A stretch of 64,000 nt of DNA, taken from the NCBI GenBank assembly GCA_964016885.1, contig OZ024746.1, positions 93,434,001 through 93,498,000 of the forward strand. The letters run 5' to 3'. The notes below the pieces were generated by a model, which was given only the letters and a program-made list of their open reading frames with translations, made no database searches and was not told where the DNA came from. The position numbers and the translations under genes were made by a program. The DNA is from Eledone cirrhosa. Taxonomy: Eukaryota. Shown here in pieces: positions 41,149-54,888 of this stretch (the stretch's first letter is position 1; each line of letters starts with the position of its first letter).

Positions 41149-41541
41149 CAAGATTTGTTTTATAAATAATTGTTTCTACTTTTTGGCACAAGGCCAGCAA
41201 TTACCCAGTGCATTACTGGTACTTTATTTTATCGACCCCGTAAGGATGAAAGGCAAAGTTAACCTCAGCGGGATTTGAACTCAGAATGGCAAGGGCCGTA
41301 ACTCTATGCATCAAAGCATGCCGTCCGACCCTATGACATACCTATGGAAATCAACCTTAACGGAAATCAACCTTAATATCTTGGTATATATATATATATA
41401 TATATATAAATGGAAAGTTATATTTAAAATTGTTGGGTTACAACTAGTAAATATTTATAACTGATATAAAAGCACTCGACAAATATTTGGAGTATATTTA
41501 CAATATTAAATAAATGGAAACTATATTTATAAAACCATATT

Positions 41542-41607
41542 TATTTCATTATATATATTTCGGGGATATCATATTAACAATATGCTATGCCTTCCTCAGA
41601 CAAAATA
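41542..41607 (-). ncRNA. Type-I HHR (family D variant)
   Basis: Mirror image of 41715-41780 within the inverted repeat 41499-41618 / 41704-41823. Confidence 0.75.
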
Positions 41608-41714
41608 CAATATAAACAATATAAACATATGACTGCCAGCTTAAACCTCTTCAAATGGAAGTCGGTGTTATAACGGTATGTCGAATCTATTTATCTATAA
41701 AACTGTTTATATTG

Positions 41715-41780
41715 TATTTTGTCTGAGGAAGGCATAGCATATTGTTAATATGATATCCCCGAAATATATATAATGAAATA
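41715..41780 (+). ncRNA. Type-I HHR (family D variant)
   Basis: TATTTTGT-CTGAGGA-AGG catag CATATT gtt AATATG atatcc CC-GAAA-TATATA-TA-ATGAAATA. Confidence 0.75.
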
Positions 41781-41817
41781 AATATGGTTTTATAAATATA
41801 GTTTCCATTTATTTAAT

Positions 41818-41875
<58 letters not shown>

Positions 41876-41878
<3 letters not shown>

Positions 41879-41993
41879 GAAAAAGTGGAGAATAACATGG
41901 TCAACAGTACAAAAAAGGGGATTTATTGAAAAAATTTATTTAAATAAATCTCCTTTTTTGTACTGTTGACCATGTTATTCCTCACTTTTTCAA
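41876..41993. repeat. Palindrome at the end of a TA-embedded element
   Basis: attgaaaaagtg..gatttatt against aataaatc..cactttttcaat. Confidence 0.85.
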
Positions 41994-42158
41994 TATTATT
42001 ACTCCAAGATAAACTTACATAGGAATGCAAGAGAACTCATAAACTCGCCACCTACGTAAACCTCTTGTGGAGTCAAACAACGCCGTACGCTTAAACTATC
42101 CATAATACAAAGTATTCACAACCTCTAACTGGATTACCTATAACGATATTTTGTTATC

Positions 42159-42241
<83 letters not shown>

Positions 42242-42321
42242 CATTTAAAATCTATCCAGGTAAAACTTGAACCGTTAAGGTCTCATTCCTGGATATGTCA
42301 ATATTTATAAAACAAGCTTTG

Positions 42322-42363
42322 TATTTTATCTGATGAGTGCGTACCAAAGTTTTGGTACGCCTG
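42322..42363 (+). ncRNA. Family D HHR truncated by microsatellite
   Basis: TATTTTAT-CTGATGA-GT-GCGTACCAA agtt TTGGTACGC-CTG followed by (TA)n. The GAAA half is missing. Confidence 0.6.
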
Positions 42364-42369
42364 TATATG

Positions 42370-42433
<64 letters not shown>

Positions 42434-42459
42434 GAGAGAGAAAGAGAGAGAGAGAGAGG

Positions 42460-42550
<91 letters not shown>

Positions 42551-43136
42551 AAAAGTAAAATTAGTGGGGGAAAGAAGGTCAGTGATAAAACTTAAATGTT
42601 TCTGTTGTTCAATCCTTTCATAGCATCCATGTACTGGAAGATCTTGCATGGTAGATCTTTGACGATATATTGTTCCTCTTATATTGGCTCCTCTATAATT
42701 GGTTGGGTGGTTCTCGAGTTTTAGGGAGTCAGACAAACAGACATTCTCTGTTTTAGATATATAGATAATTGTTTCTACGTTAGGCACAAGGCCAGCAATT
42801 ACCCAGTGCATTACTGGTACTTTATTTTATCGACCCTGTAAGGATGAAAGGCAAAGTTAACCTCAGCGGGATTCGAACTCAGAATGAGTGCTCCTGATTT
42901 TTGCTCTAATGAGATTAGAGCAAACATCACGAGCACTCTATCTCAAAATTATTTTTGAAAAGCATAAGAAATGCGCAACCGGTAAAAACTTAAAACTAAA
43001 ACTGAATACTAACCAATACTTATTACTAATTTATATTTATTCCTAATTAAACTATTTTTCACTGGGAAAAATTTGTCAGCATTTTCTTTTCCTTTTTACT
43101 TATATATCACAACTCGTGTTTCACACCTCTATCTAA

Positions 43137-43192
<56 letters not shown>

Positions 43193-43203
43193 TACATATA
43201 TAC

Positions 43204-43242
<39 letters not shown>

Positions 43243-43958
43243 CATAAATATATATATATATATACATATATACATATATATATATATATACATATATACA
43301 TATATACATATATACATATATATATAAATATATAATCCCGGTTTTTTTATAAAAACTGCGATAATATTGCTTTTTGCTGAACTCCTTTTGTAGAGTTTTT
43401 TTCGGAATGTATTTGACTGTTGTTTCTTGTAAACAAACATTCGCTTCATTCTGACGTCACTAGCCCCGTTTTTCCTCATGTGCGTTTTTCATAATCACGC
43501 ATGATGGTGAACTAGCCAGTTTTAAAATTCCCTTTTTGGCTTATAAATCTGTGAGAGTCCTGGTTATCGAGTTGAGCTCTGCTGACGATTGAAATCCAAC
43601 CGTGACCATCTCCACTGAAAGTTTTCATGAAATAGTCTTTAAGACTATACAGAGCATTTGATGTTTTTCCAAATTGAAGGATAAGTATTTTAGACTTTAT
43701 TTTATCATGAGTTAAAGCTCTATTGATTTTTCCCTGGATTTCACTAAATTCTGTGGATGAATTTATATCCTGATTCTCTTTTGAGATGAGCTTGAATTAT
43801 TTTGCCTACATCTTTCGTTAACTATTTTTCCCATTTTGACGCTATAGTCGCATATATGTTATAGAATACTGTTAGCTTCTCGCTACAACAATTTCTATAC
43901 CTTTCTATACCTTTCATTTATATATATAAATATATATATAAATATATACATATATACC

Positions 43959-44070
<112 letters not shown>

Positions 44071-44072
44071 CG

Positions 44073-44169
<97 letters not shown>

Positions 44170-44251
44170 TTCTTATATATTTGATATATATTTATCCTTA
44201 TCGAGCCCTCTTTGGATTTTAGTCTTCACGTTTATTATTATTACTAAATAT

Positions 44252-44339
<88 letters not shown>

Positions 44340-44352
44340 TACATATATATAT

Positions 44353-44402
<50 letters not shown>

Positions 44403-44913
44403 GTATATATATATGAGAGGGGTGAAGACAGATATAAGTATACATGTGTTCCAATTGCAAATGCTATTATTTTTAGCGGCACGAGTATGAGACGCGTTAG
44501 GCGCTGCGACATGTGCGTTTATAATAACAGCATATCTCTCAGTCTCCTTAGATCCTTTGAAGTGAAAGGTACGAATTTTCCTGGATACCCGCAGATGAGC
44601 ACAGGAATTCTGGCTTTCACTTAATAATTCTTGCGAAACAGATTTTGGGTCTGTCCTTGTATCAAAGGCTATTGCTCGATATAGGTTTGTTATTTTTATT
44701 GATTTATTACTTTAAATCGAGTCAGGCAAACCATATTCATTTAAATTAGTATTTTTTCAACCTAGCTAACTTGGTCATTTGCAGTTGGAACACATGTATA
44801 CTTGTATATGTGTTCACCCCTTTCATATCCAATTATATTACATGGTTCGGAAAGTTTCCCTTCTTTAAGCTATTTAATTGTAAAAGACTATTTTGAGTTT
44901 ATAACTCAATCTA

Positions 44914-44979
<66 letters not shown>

Positions 44980-45494
44980 CTTTGTTTATTTACCATGTCA
45001 TTTATCTTATCAATGTATGTATCTACGTATCTATCAATGTCTCCACCTACCCATACATGTATATATCCATTCCTCTATTTATATATCTATCTTTATTTAC
45101 AACGTAGAATACATTGTGTGCAAGCTCGGATAAAAAAGAAACAAAACAAAACAAAACGATAAATAAGAAAAAAAATACAAAACATTTCTTAGAACAACAG
45201 CAACAGCAATAATACCGTCTCCGAGAACACCAACAATAACACTCACAACAACCATAGCAAATGTGAGAAAGAAAAGAAGAAAAAAGGAAGAACAACACCT
45301 TTCAAATCGCAAAGCTTTACAGCATTAGAAAGTATTTCTTCTTAGAAGAAACTTAAGCTCTTGCAGTTGTGACGTTATATGATCAGAAAGTTTGATAATA
45401 TTATTTACTCTATTTACGTACAGGTGCGTGGCTGAGTGTTAAGGTCGTTGGGCTAAAACATGTCAGGGTGTGAATGCGATATCTGGCTCCAGTC

Positions 45495-46275
45495 TCTTCT
45501 TCTTCTTCTTCTTCTTCTTCTTCTTCTTCTTCTTCTTCTTCTTCTTCTTCTTCTTCTTCTTCTTCTTCTTCTTCGCCCACTTATTCCTGGGAGGGTTGTG
45601 GGGGACAGAGTCATCCAACACTCCCACCAGTGGGTCCTGTTAGAAGCTACCGTCTCCAACCGATCCGGCTGGATCCCCAAACGAGATCAATCAAGCTTAA
45701 GGATGTTATCCAACCATATTGCACGGGGTCTACTCCTGGGTTTCCTATCGGTTGGTTTTGCCCGTAAAATCTTTCCAGCAATTCTTTCCTGAGACATACT
45801 AACCACATGTCCATAGTATCGGGACTGTGACCTCTCAATTTGGAGAAGTAGCGGCTCTACCTGAAGTGACTCTTTGATCTTAGAGCTTCGCACCTTATTT
45901 AGTAACATTACTCCAAAGACACTTCGGGTGTTATCAACCATCTTGCTCGGGGTCTACCCCTGAGACTCCTGCCGGTTGGTTTTGCTCGTAAATCCGAACT
46001 TATTTTACGAGCGATTAATAGCGATTTCTAGCGATTAAGAGGAAGTGCACCACCCACAATCCATTATTTTTCAAATCCTAGGCTTTTGAAAGTTGTCTAC
46101 CAACTAGATCACAGACCTTTAGTACTACTTTTGCGAATCCCAAATCGAGACCAACCAAGCTCATGGATGTTATCCAATTATCTTGCTCGGGGCCTACCCC
46201 TGGGTCTCCTGCTGGCTGGTTTTAGCCGTAAAATCTGACCAGCGATTCCTTCCAGTGACATTCTAACCACATGCC
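45495..46275 (-). pseudogene. RTE LINE 3' fragments with (GAA)n tail and partial duplications
   Basis: LQVEPLLLQIERSQSRYYGHVVSM..RPRAIWLDNI, with extra pieces at 45930-45995 and 46155-46275. Confidence 0.85.
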
Positions 46276-46554
46276 TGTCTATACAGCTAGTAAAATTGAG
46301 TTATGCCTGCAATTGAAAGGGCTAGCCTTGTCACACACTGTATCACATTCAATCTTGATAAAAACTACATTAAGAGGACTTTGTTCCGTTGTTCGAACAA
46401 CTAGAACACTCATCGTTGGAACTGATGGAGGTCCATTCCACATTCCATTTTATTTACATCATTCTATGTTCCACCGTTACATTAATCTAGTTTACACCAA
46501 ACAGAAGAATGGAACGGTATGAAGGTATTTGGCATATAAAGAAGAGAGAGAGAG

Positions 46555-46935
46555 GTTGGGGGTTGGGGTGAAGAGAGAGATTGGGGGAGGGAGAGAGCTA
46601 TTGGGGGAGTGGAGAGAGAGATTGGGGGAGTGGAGAGAGATAGAGAGAGACTGGGGGTGGAGAGAGAGATTGGGGGGGTGGAGATAGAGATTGGGGTGGA
46701 GATAGAGATTGGGGGGTGGAGTGAGAGATTGGGGGAGGGAGAGAAATTGGGGGAGTGGAGAGAGAGATTGGGGGAGTGAAGAGAGATAGAGAGAGAGAGA
46801 GATTGGGGTGGAGAGAGCGATTGGGGGTGGAGAGAGATAGAGAGAGAGAGAGATTGGGGTGGAGAGAGCGATTGGGGGTGGAGAGAGAGAGAAAAATAGA
46901 GAGAGAGAGAGAGAGAGAGAGATTGGGGGAGTGGA
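46555..46935. repeat. G-rich minisatellite (gagagattggggg-based)
   Basis: Direct reading. Confidence 0.85.
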
Positions 46936-47350
46936 GAAGAAGAGGAGGAGAAAATGGAGAAAGAGAGAGAGAGTATCACAAATATGAGAGTATGAGAAAG
47001 TCGCATAAGCGGCTAAACTATGTATTATGTATAAGCATATATAAATGAATATGCGTATATAATTATATACCTATGTATATATAAAGCTAGCTTGCAGGTC
47101 AACCAAAGCGGAGTGAGCACTCCGTTGGGATTTTACCAATTAATATACCAACTTTGCACCTAAACATGCATTGAGTACTACCTTGATTTGGGCTGTTCCC
47201 GGTCTTCTTACTGTGACCATTTCACACTCCCCACACACTCACATATACATACATACTTATATACACACATACATACATATATGATATTCATATATATGGT
47301 TACACACAATCCCTCTCTCACTGTCTCTCTCTCTCTCACTCACACACACA

Positions 47351-47385
<35 letters not shown>

Positions 47386-48129
47386 TTTTTTTTCAATTTG
47401 TCAAGGTGTCTAAACGTATGTTGTTACTCTGAGGCCTACAACCTTATTGAGTGCTTTGCTGCTCATTCTAACAGCCGAAGCTTCGATTTTACTAAGCTTC
47501 CGCTTGTATTATTATCTCCTAGACATAATGATTAACTAATTAATTTAATTAGACAATTCCATTGATTGGTTAATTATTTATGTTTGTTTAATAACGTATA
47601 GTCAAGAGCTTTTCATTCGGAATGTGGAACGGAATTGATTTCCATTGTTCACACTTTGAATTTGACCGCCCAAAACCGGGGGTTACTTCCCTTGTTGGAA
47701 ATAACACGTGACAGTGAAATACTGAGGTGCTGCCAACAGTAGCAGTTCGGCGTTACATTCCACACCGGCTTGAGGCATAGAACGTAATTTCCTGTTGATG
47801 ACGTGAATCCATTGTTCGATCATGGAATACCACAGGCTTACATATTACGTAAGTTGGATGGATGATTTCGATTTCATAGAAACCTATCGGACGCATTGCA
47901 AAATATCGTTCGATATGTCCAGGTCAGTTGTCTGGCCTGATTAGTTTTTCCGTTGTTTTTGGTATTGTGTGGCTAGGTCTACCTGCCGCAATTTTCAATT
48001 TGTCAAGCTGTCTAAACGTATGTTATTACTCTAAGGCCTGCACCCTTATTGAGTGCTTTGCTACTCATTCCTAATTGTAGGTCGTTAGCTTGGCCACAGC
48101 CAAAGCTTCGATTTTACTAAGCTTCCACT

Positions 48130-48176
<47 letters not shown>

Positions 48177-48494
48177 CAAAAATATGTACAAAGATTGAAA
48201 GATATGTATGTTTACTTGTTTGTTAATATATACGAACGTGGAAAAAATATTCCTATATATGCAGGACAATTATCATTTGAGCAGATAATCAGGTGAAAAT
48301 AAGCCAGGTAAGTTGCTTAAATTACGTTTGTTCTTTATATATGCGAATCAGAGAAAGATGAAATATATATATAAATATATATTTATCCTCTTGACAACTG
48401 ATACAATAGACATGTTGCCTTAACTCTATATAATACTTCAGTAATGTTGGTATAGTTACAGCCTCCGTCTCTCTCACTCTCCCCATCTCTCACT

Positions 48495-48875
48495 ATTATA
48501 AGCAAATGGGGTCCCACACACTGGCCACCCCGCGGCCCCGGTGGACAGAATATAGAAGCTGTTTCCCGGAGGATTGTGAGGGAGACGCGGTGGAAGAGTC
48601 ATTGCAGCCCGCGATGCTCACTCCCGCGGGTAGCCAGTTCTGTGAGTAGGGAGGTGGTTCTAGGGACTTGAACACCAGAAGTCTCCGCTGCTACGGGCTC
48701 GACCGTAAACCTGTCGGAGAACGACCGATATTTGGAGAATTTTACCCTCCTCGGCCCGATGTGCAGCAGAACCTTGATTAGTCCAGACTGCATCAGGTTA
48801 GCGCTGGAGAAAGGGTCGCTGCATGTGGCATCCTTGATGAGGGGTTTACCACCGCGGAACGGGAAGGTGGTCATG
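48495..48875 (-). pseudogene. CRE-like restriction-like endonuclease domain and 3' end
   Basis: T.FPF..GKPL..DATCSD...K..KY...PVAAETSG...L.EL matches the CRE RLE pattern. Confidence 0.8.
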
Positions 48876-51195
48876 CCAAGAAATATATAGGATAACGTTT
48901 TGTTAATTTGTGAAGGAAGAGAAAATATTGGTTCAGACGTTCATTTTGGAGTCATTAGGTCTCGGGTAGTTTGGCAAGTATCATTTACCTTAGTCTCGGG
49001 TTAATTTGTATTATTACCCAAGATTCGTGAAAATAGGTAAGGGTTGGCATACATACCGAATTGAAGATACTAAGTTTGGTTTTTATACTTACCTTGAAGG
49101 AAGGGAAAAATTGATAACTTAACCTCAGTATTTGACTGGTATTTTATCTTATCGGCCATAGAAAGTTAAAGAGCGAATTGATCTCGATGGCATTTGAACC
49201 CAGAATGTAAATAACTGCAACAAACACTGTAATGTCATTTTATCTGACGCTTTATCAATCCTGCCAAATCTACCACCCTTTGCATAAATAAATATGAGCG
49301 TATCCACCACCAACACCACCATCACCATCATTATCATCATCACCATCACCATCACCACCACCATTATCATCATCATCCCCACCACCACCACCACCATCAC
49401 CACCGCCGCCGCCACCACAAACACCACCACCACCACAAACCACCACAGCCACCACCACCACCGCCACCACCACTACCACCACCACCACCACCACCACCAA
49501 CCACCACCACCACCGCCGCCACCACTACTATCACCACCACCGCCGCCACCACTACTACCACCACCACCACCACCACTACTGCCACCGCCACCATCACCAC
49601 CGCCACCACCACCACCACCACCACCATCACGGCTATGACGACAACAACTGCCATCATCTCCTCTATCAATGTCAACATTTCCCTCGTTGAAAGTAAGAAC
49701 AAATTTATAAAGTAAAGTTGATAATTTCAACCGAGATAAACCCCATACGCCCAAAGAATTGGGGAGGCGGTCAGGGGGAAATCAGCTTAGAAAATTCTAA
49801 ACTGTTAACTTAAAAGAAGATAACCAAGAAAAGAAACGACAAGGAAAAGAACTAACAATACATCTCTTTGTAGAAATTATATTTTATCAACAGCAATGGC
49901 TGCTCCCCTGTCGCAAACTGTTTAACAAACTATGCATGGCTATCAGTCAATTGACGAGGAAGCTAAATATTCATGAATGGCTGAGTGGCTAACTTGTTGT
50001 TATTGTATTATTAAGGGCGGTGTATTGGCAGTATCGGTAGAGGGTCGGACGCCATGCTTTGCAGTATAGAGTTACGGTCCTTTAAGGTCTGAGTTCAAAT
50101 CTCGCCGAGGTCAACTTTGCCTTTCATCCTTACGAGGTCAATAAAGTAAAGCACCAGTAACGTACTGTGGTCGATCTAATCGACTTTCCCCTCCCCCCAA
50201 ATTACTGGCCTTGTGCCTACGCAAGAAATCATTATTGTTGTTGTTGTTGTTTAGATGCAAACCAACCCTGATTGAGCAAATCTATGACCAATGTCTCTCC
50301 TCCATCGACCATCGACGATGAGCACTCGGTTATTCAATCAACCAGACTATCTACAGAGTAAATTAACGTCTAGACACTTTCTTTTTCTTTTTCCATAACT
50401 CCTGATGATGACGTAGGGACGCCATATTGACATACGGCGTTTCTGGAGCAATTTTAAACCTGATGGAGACCATCTCCTCTCCACGCCTGAATACAGGAAA
50501 TTTCTTCCAGAAAAGGATAGAATGAGTGAGAGAATGGAAGTGACAAAGAGATTTAGAAGAAGAATCGACCCCAGTACTTGACTGGTACTTTTTTTATCGA
50601 CTGCGAAAGGATGAAAGGCAAAGTTGACCTCGGAGGGATTTGAACTCAGAGAGCCGGAACAAATACCGCAAAACTTTCTATCCGACCTCCTAATGACTGT
50701 CAATTCGCCGCCTTCGAGACACTTTAAGGACTGTAAAAATACATGCTTTCATTATTGTATACTATAATAGTGCGGAGGAAATCCCGCCGAGGTTAACTTT
50801 GCCTTTCAACCTTACGGGGTCGATAGAATAAAGTACCAGTCACGCACTGAGGTCGATTTAACGACTTTCCACTCCCCAAGAATTGATGGCCTTGTGCCTA
50901 TCTAATCTAATCTCTAATCTGGTCGAGTTTACACTCGCAAATAAGAAGAACCAGAGCCGCTCCTAGGAGCATTGGATTTGGTGAACTTCATATTTGTTTT
51001 GGTTGCTGAATACAATCAGGGGTTACTGCTACTCCTGAAGGTCAATAGTTCTCTTCTAACTCGAGTGGGAGCGCCTTTCCATTGCCAATTTGCATTGATC
51101 ATCTGCAAAGCCGCATTGTTCTCAGAACCACTACTTTCGATGCGTGCAGCTGGAACTACTGCCACCCATTGATTTGCCTATATGAGAAACCATTA

Positions 51196-51809
51196 TCTAT
51201 ATATCTAAAACAGAGAATGTCTGTCTGTCTGTCTGTCTGTCTGTCTCCCTAAAACTCGAGAACCACCCAACCGATTGTTTTCAAACTTTACACATGTAAT
51301 ACTTATGATCCTGTGAGTGTTTTGAACAAAACATATTTCAAATTTGCAATGCCCTAGGGACCGCATTAGGCGATATAGCGATCTCTCTATATAATTCTTG
51401 GTTTTTCTTTTTAGATAGATACATAGATATACCGTTGCGCCCTTATAATATCTGTCTGTATGTCTGACTGTCTGCATTACGACATTATGACGTCGCTATC
51501 TGTGTGTGTGTGTGTATATATGTATATATAGTGTGTGGTATATTATATATATATATATATTGTTATACTTTGGGAGGGTCATGTTGCCAATAAGAAACAC
51601 ACGCACGAGCTGCTTTCACTTCAATTTAATTTATTAAATATTTATAAATTTACAAATTTATAAATTTCTGGTTGGTTGGTTGGTTCCACAACCAGATAGT
51701 TGTTTATATATATATAGTCATAGTTCTTTCGTCACACACTCTGTGACCTCTTCAGTGACTGGGGATTTCTTTCTTCGTTTCTGTGCCTTTCCTTTCTTCT
51801 ATCCTACGC

Positions 51810-51841
<32 letters not shown>

Positions 51842-51957
51842 TGTGTGTAACGTTTTTCGAAATATTTACTTCTGCGTTCACAGATTGATTTTTTTAGTTT
51901 CAGAAGATCCTGTTTAGGGTGAAAGCAGCGATTCTTTGCTTAAACTTTAATCTGTTA

Positions 51958-52000
<43 letters not shown>

Positions 52001-52305
52001 GGTTATGCACGAGTGCATTAAGGTTTTCTAGGACACAGTGTTATGTACCGTGTAGGGGAAGGTCAGCTTACAACAGAGTGGTGCTCAACGAAATGCAGAA
52101 AATAGGTGTATATTCCAGTTTAGCTATACTCCGGGGCGTGTATAAAGAATCAAAAAGAACAGAAAGATGCAGTAAAAGAGATTTATTCGGTTCTAACGTA
52201 CGTTTCAATAGACATCAATTTGTCTAGATCTCGCTGCATCTATAATATTATATAGTTAGTAGAACATTCGACATCCAATGCACAATCGATTCCATATTAT
52301 CAGAG

Positions 52306-52399
<94 letters not shown>

Positions 52400-52545
52400 T
52401 ATATTCGTGTACAGATATTTTTGCATACACAATAACAAAATATAAACAAACGTATTTATTTCACGAGGCTCGATAAGGACAAATATATATCAAATATATA
52501 AGAACCCTAGAGCCAATCCCGAGCAACGCCGGGCCATTCTGCTAG
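51196..52545 (+). mobile_element. Non-autonomous Helitron with nested TA-embedded elements
   Basis: A|TC start, hairpin cccgagcaacgccggg, CTAG|T end and no TSD. The empty-site sequence is present at 52677-52699. Confidence 0.85.
51716..51760 (-). ncRNA. Minimal HHR (family C)
   Basis: Same sequence as 29799-29843. It lies within the unit 51558-51814. Confidence 0.75.
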
Positions 52546-53062
52546 TTGTATACTATAATAGTGTGGAGGAAATCCCACCGAGGTTAACTTTGCTTTCATC
52601 CTTACGGGGGTCGTTAAAATAAAGTACCTGTAATGTACTGGGGTCAATTTAATCGACTTCCCCCTCCCTCTATCAGAAACCATTATTGTATACTATAATT
52701 ATATAAATATTTTCAAGGAAGAATCAACGTATTACAGATTGTGTCAAATCTAGATCTTGGAACAACAGGTACAATCCATTCTTTAGGCTTCTGCACAGAT
52801 TATGTCTACCCAATTCCACCCACAAAGCCTGTTTGGGCCTGAGATTATAATAAATATAAAACACTTCCCTACGACAATAACTGTTGTAATTTTCGGAAGA
52901 TTTCGTAACTCTTTCTAGCAAATCGAGTAATCGCACAATTGAACCCCATTTTTTACTTGTGTGGGCAAAATGAAGGTTTTTGTATGTCCACTACTACAAA
53001 CTAGTAATCAGTGTAGGTAAGTTGCCGTCGAACTGTACCTGTAACGACAGAGTATTAATTGG

Positions 53063-53350
53063 CAGTAGCTGCGTGGCCTAGTGGTAAGGTTGTTGGACAT
53101 ACGATCGTCATGTCGTGGGTTCGATTCCTGGGCTGGGTTGTGTGTTGTGTTCAAGAACAAAACACCTCATTTCACGTTGCTCCAGTATACTCAGTTGAAA
53201 AACAAATGAGTACCAGCAATAGCTGGGTATTTAACCCTGCGATGGACTGGCGTCCTGTCCAGAGGAAGTCTTGTACTCTCAGTCACTTCATGCCACTGAA
53301 ACCAGGATAAGTACCGGCTTGATGAGCCTCGAAGCTCGTGACAGATAGTC
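53063..53350 (+). mobile_element. tRNA-derived SINE with CORE-like and Meta/V-like domains
   Basis: A and B boxes, then aaccctgcgatggactggcgtcctgtccag and cttcatgcc..gaaaccaggataag..ccggcttgatgagcc. Confidence 0.75.
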
Positions 53351-54133
53351 TAACATAGCCTGTTTAATAAATTGTAACGCATATACAAATAGATGTGTGT
53401 TTTGGTAGTTTGGGGGGAAAAATATCATTATTGGGGCAGCCATGGTCCCCTACCCCCAGTTATATATATATAGGCTTAAAAATAATAAGAATAATAATAA
53501 GAAACTGAGAACGTGGGGGTGGGGGGGGGGTCCTCATCAGTTGTCTCTGGGGGTCACAGATTTTTCAACGCTTTAAAGACAATATATCTTACCCCAGAGC
53601 GTTCAATAACTGGGTAAGTTATTGGGAAAACGGAGGAGAGAGAGAGAAGGAAAATAGAAGGGAAAGGGAAGAAAAGAGAAAAACGGTGAAAAACAACAAC
53701 AAACCGAAGAATGTGCGAACAACTTAGAGAAAGAAAATTCAAGTCGACATCGGTGCTGAACATAAGTTCGAGAGCGTGTGGACGAATGAAAAGTTACGTC
53801 TGACCCCAGCAATTGTAAGTGAGAAAAGAACTGCTAGGGGGTCAGGTGAGGGAAACAATGAGAGAAGACTGGTCACAGCGAAACATGATAAAATATATGG
53901 AGAATAGAATGGCTGTGTAGTTGCTAGTTAAGGTAGGCTTAAAGTTAAGAATAAGAATAAGAAAGTGAGAAGGGGGGGGGGGGGTCCTCATCAGTTGTCT
54001 ACTGGGGGGTCTTGGATATTTCAACGCTTTAAAGACAAGCCTACCTTAACTAACAACCACACAACCTTCCTATTCTCCATATATATATGCAATGATATTA
54101 AATAAATGGAAACTATATTTATAAAACCATATT

Positions 54134-54198
54134 TATTCTATTATATACATTTCAAGGACACCAAAGCAAATTATGGTGCGCTTTCATCAGATAAAATA
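54134..54198 (-). ncRNA. Type-I HHR (family D)
   Basis: Reverse complement reads TATTTTAT-CTGATGA-AAG c GCACCA..TGGTGT c CTT-GAAA-TGTATA-TA-ATAGAATA. Confidence 0.8.
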
Positions 54199-54302
54199 CA
54201 AAGAGTGTTTTATAAATTTTGACATAAACAAGGATAATCATACCTTATCAGTTGAAGGTATGATTATCCTTGGCCATGTCAAAATTTATAAAACACTCTT
54301 TG

Positions 54303-54366
54303 TATTTTATCTGATGAAAGCGTACCAAAGTTTTTTTGGTACCCTTGAAATGTATATAATAGAATA
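54303..54366 (+). ncRNA. Type-I HHR (family D)
   Basis: TATTTTAT-CTGATGA-AAG c GTACCAAA gttt TTTGGTAC c CTT-GAAA-TGTATA-TA-ATAGAATA. Confidence 0.82.
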
Positions 54367-54632
54367 AATATGGTTTTATAAATATAGTTTCCATTATTTA
54401 CTATCATTGAATATTTACTCCAGAAAACTGTCGAGTGCTCTGAATCAGTTATAAACATTTATATTTGTTGGATTTCCAACAAATGAAATATCCCTTCTAC
54501 TATATATATGTAGAAGTTATATATATATATAATGCGACCATGTCTGTTGGACGCTCCCGGGAGCTTCCAGCAGACATGGTCGCATTCTTTTAAGGGTATG
54601 TCAATATTTGTTTATAAAACTGATCTATATTA

Positions 54633-54697
54633 TATTTTATCTGATGAAAGCGCACCATAATTTGCTTTGGAGTCCTTGAAATATGTATAATGAAATA
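54633..54697 (+). ncRNA. Type-I HHR (family D)
   Basis: TATTTTAT-CTGATGA-AAG cgcacca..tggagtc CTT-GAAA-TATGTA-TA-ATGAAATA. Confidence 0.8.
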
Positions 54698-54739
54698 AAT
54701 ATGGTTTTATAAATATAGTTTCCATTTATTAATATATTG

Positions 54740-54888
<149 letters not shown>

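Noticed and set aside
52180-52240. Isolated GAAAC-palindrome half motifs (also about 60890-60910)
   Set aside because: Only the 3' half of a hammerhead is present with no CUGANGA partner, so they were not counted.
53300-53340. gaaacc...cttgatgagcc as a permuted hammerhead
   Set aside because: It is the conserved 3' part of a SINE domain, and the stems and UH site do not assemble.
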